A stretch of DNA of 64,000 bases, taken from contig CANLTW010000001.1 of NCBI GenBank assembly GCA_947494155.1, positions 64,001 through 128,000 on the forward strand, written 5' to 3'. Source of the DNA: Chlamydiota bacterium. Its GTDB lineage: Bacteria > Chlamydiota > Chlamydiia > Chlamydiales > RGXB01. Below are positions 57,530 to 64,000 of the stretch, piece by piece. Made by a program: the position numbers and the translations under genes. Under the pieces are notes generated by a model that ran no database searches, was not told where the DNA came from, and saw only the letters and a list, made by a program, of their open reading frames with translations. Each line of letters opens with the position of its first letter. The stretch's first letter is position 1.

Positions 57530-60500
57530 GTGCGTATGACAAAAAAACCCTTTTTCACACTCTTTTGGATGAGTTCAGCACTTTTAGCTGCCTCGACAGA
57601 TATGTCACCCCTTTTGTTAGAGGGGCCAAGGGTGGAGCCCGCTTTTGAGCCGACAGAATATTACACCCCCAAATTTGAGAAAACCCGTCATACGAATCTT
57701 TTAGATAAACTTCCTGAAAAAGGGGAAATTCCCCTGGACGGAACCTCTTTAAAGAGAGAGGAGGTTTCTCGTGGAGATTGGAGTGTTACCTTCCATTCAA
57801 AACTCCTTTTTGAGGATACACACCTGCTCTCCAAAAAAAGGCACCCTTTTTTCTCCTCAAAAAAATTTGTCCCTTTCCAAATGCAAAAATCGGGGTATAT
57901 TTCTCTTCATCCTCACCTTCTTTTCATTGATAAACGCTATTCATCCTCCCATTTTTGTAAGCTCGACCCTTTTGTTGTTTCTCAAGCCGATATCCCCATA
58001 GAAAAAGAGACTGTGTTCATTTATGAGAATTTTTCCCCTCTGGTGGAAGAGGAATTGAATGACCTCTTTATACTGGAATCTGACTATAAATCAGAAAACC
58101 ATTCTTTGAAAAAAATCTCTCTTTCTCTTAAACATCTTGAGAAAAAAAATTCCCTGATCGAAGAATCAAACACCCCTTGTCACGCTATTATCAAGGGGAA
58201 AATCTTACCTCTCCCTTTACTTCCCGTCCATTTAGCCAAAGAAACCATTTTGCCATTAGGCAAAGAGGTCTGTCACCCAAAAGGTTTTGTTCTTGAAGAG
58301 GAATTAAGCCAAAAACACAAACAAATTTCCTTTAGGATTGCTAAAAATTTTAAAGTGCATTTTAGTCTTGAATTGAACCTAAAAGACCTAAAGGATACCC
58401 CTTTACCACTTTTAGAAGAATATTACAGCTACCTTGATGCGAGTGTCGATTCTGATGAGCCTCTTTTTATCGGAGATGAGGGGGAATACCCCTATTATGC
58501 TTTCATCGAACAGCCCCAAATAGCTGAAAACTCTAGCACCGCGATAAAGCACACCAATTTTTTTGAAACGGAACAGGAAAATCCACCCCAAGAGATCTCT
58601 ACACTGGAGCCGATCAGAGAAAATTCCTTAAATGCCTCTTTAATAATAGAGGAGACCGAGCCAAAAAGTATTCAGAACGAGGATCTTGAGCCGGTAACCA
58701 CTCAATTAGTCTCCAAAATCTCACCTATTAACCCACCTAATCTCCCCGTAAATCCCGTTGATGGGATCTGTAGTACGCCACATGGAATACAAGGGAATAA
58801 CAAAGCCTCGGTCGAGTCCTCTTTAGAGGATCATCCGTTTTCCCTTTTGGAAATCCCCCATCTTTTGCTCTACATGATAGCGAATAATACCGCCTCTAAC
58901 GAGAATTCCTTTTTTCCACAAACCGACAAAGGGGAAACGATCTTTTTCTTTAGATATCTTGAACCGAGCGATAAAACGCTTTTTCGATGGACAAATTTCA
59001 CATACCCGTTCCCGCTTAACCCTATTTTCCAACCGATCCATCTTTTTTGTGAGTACGTAGCAGATCTTTTTCATCCCTTCGAGGAGAAGCTAAACCGACT
59101 GTTTGACTATTTTGCTACAAAATACCCTCTCGAAAAAAGTCAATCGTTCTCACTATCGACAAAATCTTCACCAATCGATATGCATGGTCTTTCCAACACT
59201 TTGGAAAAATCGAGGCTATTTTCGACACCACTTCTATCTCTACCGTTGCCTAAGGTTGTGAGAAATTTTTGTCATGATTTCATTACCCAACCTCTAGTGG
59301 TCCTTCCCACTATACCTGAATTACACGATGAAAATGTGGTTTCAAACGAACCGCTTGAATTAGCTGATAAGCTCGAGAGTAATACACCTCTGATCTCCTC
59401 AAAGTTTGTCGTTTTTCATCACCCCCTTGGCCTCTCAACTACAGACCTGAACAGCGCCGAAAACAAGCTGCTTTTACCACAAAAAACTACAGGACTGGAG
59501 ACAAAAATTGCTTCAGGAATCCCTTTTTATAAGGAGCTGCCACCCCAACAGTCGCAACAAGAGATCCAAACCCTGTATTTGCCGCATAAGATCGATGAGG
59601 AAAAAAACCATCTAAAAGTGCTCTACTCGTCAGGGGTATTTTTGACTCATGTCAATATTTTGCACCCCGGATTTATCAAAATATCCACGCAAAAAGAGGC
59701 CCTGCTTGAGCTATTTGACGCCAAAACCGAGACCCTTATAGCAGATAAAGACCGTCTTGATTTACTCCCCGGGCAGAAATTTCGCACCTCCATCAGCCTT
59801 GAACACAAAAAAATGGTTTCGTTTGAGCCTGTTGCTAACGATTATGTAGAAAAAATCTCTATAGAGAAGATTGAAATAGCCGTACTGGATTCACCGCAGA
59901 GGAAAATTCTCAAGCATTTCTTGCAAAGTGAGATCTCTTTAAAAGAGATCCCTTTAACTTCTAAATCCTTGGCAATGATCACCGGAGCAAGAATGCTTAA
60001 TGAGCAGACAAGAAAGTTCTTTGCCTCTGTAGACTGTTTTCGAAATCTCCCCTACTTGGCGGAAGATGTAACAGAGCAGTTTTTCACAAAGGCCACAAGC
60101 GCCGCCCTCTCTTCAAAAGAGGGTTATGGGGTGGAGATCGAACTAGAACTTTCTGAGACAGCCAGACCCTCAATTTTAGACCAGGAAATTCTTTTTGTCC
60201 TTGATGGCTCCAAAAATACCCCGGTTGAACATTTTGCCATTTACAAGCAGGCGATCCTAAGGAGCTTAAAAAGCTTAAATACCGATACACGATTCAACAT
60301 CCTTGTAGTCGCAAAAACAGTGGAAAAACTCTTCGATTCTTCTGTTAGCGCAAGTCTCGATAAGCAAATACTTGCAAAAAGATTTTTAGAAAAAGTCGAA
60401 TCTTATCAAGGGTCTGAAACGGGGCTGCTGCTAAAGACCTGTGCAACCCTTGTCCCCTCTGAAGATGACAACACCCTCACAACCGTTGCCCTCATGGCCG

Positions 60501-61069
60501 ACTCAGTGAAGCCGCAAAAACAGCTTGTGTATCTGCAGGAGACTAAAAAAATTGTGGAAAAAAACCAGGGGAATTTCCAGCTTCTAACCTTCTCGCTTAC
60601 CTCTAAAGATCACCAAGATCTCCAATTTATCTCGATGATCGGGAGCGGAAAAAACCATATAATCACCTCTTCAACCTCTTTTGTGAGAAAATTCTGCTCG
60701 ATGATTCGCAAAATCAAATATCCTTTCCTTGCAAATCTCTCTATAACACCCTTAAGTGAGGGTGTAGAAATTCTCCCCCATAGTCAACTTATTGGCCCCA
60801 TTTTCTTAAATCAACCACTGAAATTCTATGCGGTCTGTGAAAAAAATACCCCGTTCTTCCTTCTGATCCAATCCATGTGCGACGGAAAAATCGTACGCAT
60901 CCTTAAAGAAATCAAACCCATAAGCAACGAAAGTATTCGCTCAAAAATGAAGGCAGAAATTCAGCTCAAACGGGCAGCTGACGCTTTCAGAGACTATGTC
61001 AAAAAAGAGAACCGTGCGAATCTTGAGGAAACCAATAAGCGCCTAGAACTTTTTGATATCCAGCTCTAA
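57530..61069 (+). CDS. Large secreted protein with C-terminal VWA domain
   Basis: Signal peptide, long low-complexity N-terminal region and EILFVLDGS...SL..L..DTRFNIL VWA signature. Confidence 0.7.
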   Translation: MRMTKKPFFTLFWMSSALLAASTDMSPLLLEGPRVEPAFEPTEYYTPKFEKTRHTNLLDKLPEKGEIPLDGTSLKREEVSRGDWSVTFHSKLLFEDTHLLSKKRHPFFSSKKFVPFQMQKSGYISLHPHLLFIDKRYSSSHFCKLDPFVVSQADIPIEKETVFIYENFSPLVEEELNDLFILESDYKSENHSLKKISLSLKHLEKKNSLIEESNTPCHAIIKGKILPLPLLPVHLAKETILPLGKEVCHPKGFVLEEELSQKHKQISFRIAKNFKVHFSLELNLKDLKDTPLPLLEEYYSYLDASVDSDEPLFIGDEGEYPYYAFIEQPQIAENSSTAIKHTNFFETEQENPPQEISTLEPIRENSLNASLIIEETEPKSIQNEDLEPVTTQLVSKISPINPPNLPVNPVDGICSTPHGIQGNNKASVESSLEDHPFSLLEIPHLLLYMIANNTASNENSFFPQTDKGETIFFFRYLEPSDKTLFRWTNFTYPFPLNPIFQPIHLFCEYVADLFHPFEEKLNRLFDYFATKYPLEKSQSFSLSTKSSPIDMHGLSNTLEKSRLFSTPLLSLPLPKVVRNFCHDFITQPLVVLPTIPELHDENVVSNEPLELADKLESNTPLISSKFVVFHHPLGLSTTDLNSAENKLLLPQKTTGLETKIASGIPFYKELPPQQSQQEIQTLYLPHKIDEEKNHLKVLYSSGVFLTHVNILHPGFIKISTQKEALLELFDAKTETLIADKDRLDLLPGQKFRTSISLEHKKMVSFEPVANDYVEKISIEKIEIAVLDSPQRKILKHFLQSEISLKEIPLTSKSLAMITGARMLNEQTRKFFASVDCFRNLPYLAEDVTEQFFTKATSAALSSKEGYGVEIELELSETARPSILDQEILFVLDGSKNTPVEHFAIYKQAILRSLKSLNTDTRFNILVVAKTVEKLFDSSVSASLDKQILAKRFLEKVESYQGSETGLLLKTCATLVPSEDDNTLTTVALMADSVKPQKQLVYLQETKKIVEKNQGNFQLLTFSLTSKDHQDLQFISMIGSGKNHIITSSTSFVRKFCSMIRKIKYPFLANLSITPLSEGVEILPHSQLIGPIFLNQPLKFYAVCEKNTPFFLLIQSMCDGKIVRILKEIKPISNESIRSKMKAEIQLKRAADAFRDYVKKENRANLEETNKRLELFDIQL

Positions 61070-61158
61070 CCGATCTCTATTTATTTCCCCCTTTTTTCGA
61101 TTTTTTTAGATAACAACAGAAAAAAAGGGTAGAATTTTTATGACCATGTTGAGCGTTT

Positions 61159-61689
61159 ATGTACATTCTTGCCGGAACTAAAAAAGGGATGCGTCTTAAC
61201 GTCCCGAAAGAGGGGACAAGGCCCACAACTAATAAAATAAAAAAATCGCTATTTGATTCCATACAGTATTTAATCGAAGGGGCTTGTGTACTAGACCTAT
61301 TCGCTGGAAGCGGAAGCCTGGGACTTGAGGCCTTATCGAGAGGCGCTCAAACGGCTACGTTTGTGGAAAAAGATGCAGTTGCTATCGAATGCATCAAAAA
61401 AAATGTGGAAACCCTTGGTTTTTCTTCACAAACCACCCTTATCCCCTACCCTGTCGATCGTTCTATCTCTCACCTAAAAGAGTACGATCTGATTTTTGTC
61501 GACCCCCCATACGATTTAGACATCAAAAATTTGGTGGAGGAGGTACGATCGCATCTCAAAGAGGGGGGCCTAATGATCGTAGAACAGTCTAAAAGGACAA
61601 AATTTCTGGAAGATCTGCCGTTTAACAGGAAAAAAGAGTATGGAGATACTGTGAACTACTTTTTTGAAAAAATAGCGAGAAACAGCTAA
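61159..61689 (+). CDS. rsmD: 16S rRNA (guanine966-N2) methyltransferase
   Basis: I.AG..KG..L, TRPT, VLDLFAGSGSLGLEALSRGA and DPPY. Confidence 0.95.
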   Translation: MYILAGTKKGMRLNVPKEGTRPTTNKIKKSLFDSIQYLIEGACVLDLFAGSGSLGLEALSRGAQTATFVEKDAVAIECIKKNVETLGFSSQTTLIPYPVDRSISHLKEYDLIFVDPPYDLDIKNLVEEVRSHLKEGGLMIVEQSKRTKFLEDLPFNRKKEYGDTVNYFFEKIARNS

Positions 61690-62915
61690 GAAAGGGCCTT
61701 TTGGTCTGTCTGTACAGTTTGAGGTCTCAGCATCACCAAACTTCCGGCTATTGATAGCACCATCCCGTAAAAAATCGCCACATTAGGTTCAAATAGCTCG
61801 GTTAGCAAACCACCAAGCAAGGGCATCACCAAGCCTCGCAATCCCACCATGAAAACATTCACCATCGTATAGCGACTGCTATCCCCCTCCTGGGAAAAAT
61901 AGGGGCCCGAAAGGTTCCACAATAAATGGCTCCCTGCCTGCGCTATACCGTATACGAAATAGGCTCCAAAAAGAAATAGGACTCCCCATTTAAGAAAAAA
62001 AAGCAACCCTAGAAAAAAAGTGACAAAGATAAAGACTACACCCGATAAAAGTTCGTACCGGTACTTTTTCATAAAAAAGCCCCACAGTGGTGTCGCTAGA
62101 ATCATCCCCACCTCTTTTATAGCGCAATTAGAGGTGAATAGGGTGGTAAACTTAAACCCTAAGTTGGTCAATAAAACAGCAATCGCGGGCATAGCCAGCA
62201 TCAGCCCACCCCCGCAGAGAAAATATCCCAGCTGAAAACGGACAAACTGCCGATTATTTTTTAATAGATCCCAGCCTGTACGAATCGGCTCTAAAAAAGT
62301 GAATCTCTTTTTACTCCCCTCTTCCGTCCTTTCTAATGGGTTAATCTCTAGCCTGCTTTGGAAGATAAGCCCCACTAACCCTATCAGTGCATAGGCAGGA
62401 AATAAATAAATCCAACCCGATGCCATGTTTTCCACTATCCACCCTGTAAAAAAAGCAAGCCCTATCCCCTCTATGTATCCGGCTGTAGAAGCAAAAGAAA
62501 AACTTGACTCGCGACTCTTTTTGTCCAAATTACGGCGAATGATCTCTATAAGTGCCGGCGCCTCTGCTCTGTAAAAAAGGGTGAAAATTGCAGAGCTAAA
62601 AATTAAATACCCTATGTTAGGAAAAAGGGGGACAAAAAGAAAAGGGGTAAGAGACAAAGCATGGGCGCACATGAGATTAAAACGGAGAGATTTTGGATCC
62701 TCATGAATGAATGTTCCCCAGTAAAAAGATAAGAAACTGATCAGGGGGCGCAACATCATCAGGACCGAAATCTGCATCGCAGAGGCCTTAAGATAATTAC
62801 ATAAAATGAGCCCTAAAACCGAGTGGATCGATAAAAAGGGCTCTATAAGTAGGCAGTGGTAAAGGAGGGTCTTTTTAGTTTGTCGAGCGACCTCCTCTTT
62901 AAAGAGCGTGCTCAG
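61686..62915 (-). CDS. MFS transporter, probably initiating at CTG 62915
   Basis: Multiple TM helices. The frame is open 46 codons upstream of the tracked ATG 62777, up to CTG 62915, which has AAGGGG 7 nt upstream. Confidence 0.8.
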   Translation of the reverse strand: MSTLFKEEVARQTKKTLLYHCLLIEPFLSIHSVLGLILCNYLKASAMQISVLMMLRPLISFLSFYWGTFIHEDPKSLRFNLMCAHALSLTPFLFVPLFPNIGYLIFSSAIFTLFYRAEAPALIEIIRRNLDKKSRESSFSFASTAGYIEGIGLAFFTGWIVENMASGWIYLFPAYALIGLVGLIFQSRLEINPLERTEEGSKKRFTFLEPIRTGWDLLKNNRQFVRFQLGYFLCGGGLMLAMPAIAVLLTNLGFKFTTLFTSNCAIKEVGMILATPLWGFFMKKYRYELLSGVVFIFVTFFLGLLFFLKWGVLFLFGAYFVYGIAQAGSHLLWNLSGPYFSQEGDSSRYTMVNVFMVGLRGLVMPLLGGLLTELFEPNVAIFYGMVLSIAGSLVMLRPQTVQTDQKALS

Positions 62916-64000
62916 TCACTTTCCCCTTTTCATCTACTGTTTTTTTAAGCACTAAGACATCGTTATCGAAGCGCTGCTCCAAACGGAGCTTCCCTTCATT
63001 GGTGTATTTATTGAAAAATCCCGATTTTTTTCCTTTGTCATACTCCCCCTCAAAGATTTTGATCCCCTCTTCAGAGTAGCTGACGCTGACCCCGTCAAGA
63101 ATCCCCTCTTTGTAAAAACAGCGGTTATACAAAGTGCCTGTTGGGTAGAACTCCTCGTGCGTCCCTTCAAGCTGATCGCATTTATAGTAGGATTTTTTCG
63201 CGATAATCCCCGACGGGAAGTATTGGACTAGCCGCCCCTCTTTTTTATCATTAGCATACTCCACAGTCATCAATACCTTCCCATGTTCCCCATACAAAGC
63301 GCTTAACCCCTCTTTTTTCCCCGCTTTATAGGTTGTCATGGCCACAAGATCTCCGTAGACATTGTATTCGCGCAACTCTCCATCAATCTTGGAATTTTTA
63401 AAAGTGCCCTCAACTGCACGCATTTTGATACCGTCCGGGGCATCTTTATGGTACACAAGATAGGGACCCTCTTTTTTATTTTCCACGTAGTGTAAAACGG
63501 TCTCTCTTCCCTCAGCATCTACAGAAAGATACGGACCATGCAGTTTCCCGTTTTCAAACCAGGCCTCCTCTATCTTACGCCCTTCAGCATCAAAAAGAAC
63601 CTTCAGCCCCTGTAAAACACCTGCGTCATAGTTGATAACACTAGCCATGATTCCATTCGGATGATAGGTTCTCTGTTCCCCATGGTAGACCCCCTCGGAA
63701 TCAAAACGGACAAGTCTGTGGACAAGAGGTTCTGCATTAAGGTCCACTTTTTCATAAAATTCTTTGTGCTCCCCAATCGGTTTGCCCTCCAAGAATTCTC
63801 TTTGAAACTTTACAGAACCATCCTGATAGAAACCTTTGAAAGTACCCTCATTTTTCCCCTCTTTGTAAAACCCGATTACGGAGGGTTTGCCATTCGGGTA
63901 AAACTCTTTATACTCTCCCACCAACTTATCCTCAGAGTAGACTACATCCATAAGCACCTGCCCGTTGTCAGCATACTGCTTGCAATTGCCACTCTTTTTC
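62899..64000 (-). CDS. MORN-variant repeat protein (YwqK-like), 5' end outside the window
   Basis: Repeated Y..G...G....Y..G units throughout. Confidence 0.85.
   Translation of the reverse strand, partial: KKSGNCKQYADNGQVLMDVVYSEDKLVGEYKEFYPNGKPSVIGFYKEGKNEGTFKGFYQDGSVKFQREFLEGKPIGEHKEFYEKVDLNAEPLVHRLVRFDSEGVYHGEQRTYHPNGIMASVINYDAGVLQGLKVLFDAEGRKIEEAWFENGKLHGPYLSVDAEGRETVLHYVENKKEGPYLVYHKDAPDGIKMRAVEGTFKNSKIDGELREYNVYGDLVAMTTYKAGKKEGLSALYGEHGKVLMTVEYANDKKEGRLVQYFPSGIIAKKSYYKCDQLEGTHEEFYPTGTLYNRCFYKEGILDGVSVSYSEEGIKIFEGEYDKGKKSGFFNKYTNEGKLRLEQRFDNDVLVLKKTVDEKGKVTEHAL

Noticed and set aside
62899..64000. YwqK-like protein as evidence of a toxin-antitoxin system
   Set aside because: Only generic MORN-variant repeats are visible and there is no adjacent toxin gene in the window.

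Overview
Gene-dense chromosomal segment, most likely from an environmental member of the Chlamydiota. The inference rests on recalled chlamydial gene orders: ruvC-ruvA, mnmE-nth-psd-secA, lpdA-lipA, hypothetical-glgC-metallophosphoesterase, pepP-mutL, dnaB-mnmG-lplA and sdhBAC-tatD-tolQRAB-pal-LysM. Most of the window is housekeeping genes plus one tRNA-Ser(GCT). I saw no CRISPR array, prophage, integrase or IS element. The most striking accessory element follows secA (9.6-13.6 kb). It comprises an exported, plant/algal-type prolyl 4-hydroxylase, then a secreted protein with a degenerate histidine-phosphatase-like domain, an extensin-like polyproline linker and a GH64 beta-1,3-glucanase-like domain apparently lacking the catalytic Glu, then an outer-membrane beta-barrel. 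This is a candidate enzyme-substrate-surface display system for a bacterial hydroxyproline-rich glucan-binding protein. Other notable items: an unannotated 6S-like structured RNA candidate next to mutL, a PP2C pseudophosphatase effector candidate, MurI with Cys->Ser at the second catalytic site, a 21-bp VNTR inside mutL, an MFS gene probably starting at CTG, a 30-aa bS22-like ORF missed by the ORF track, a membrane class III adenylate cyclase, an atypical hisS, and a long hairpin upstream of sdhC. All family calls come from motif recognition by eye; no searches were run.
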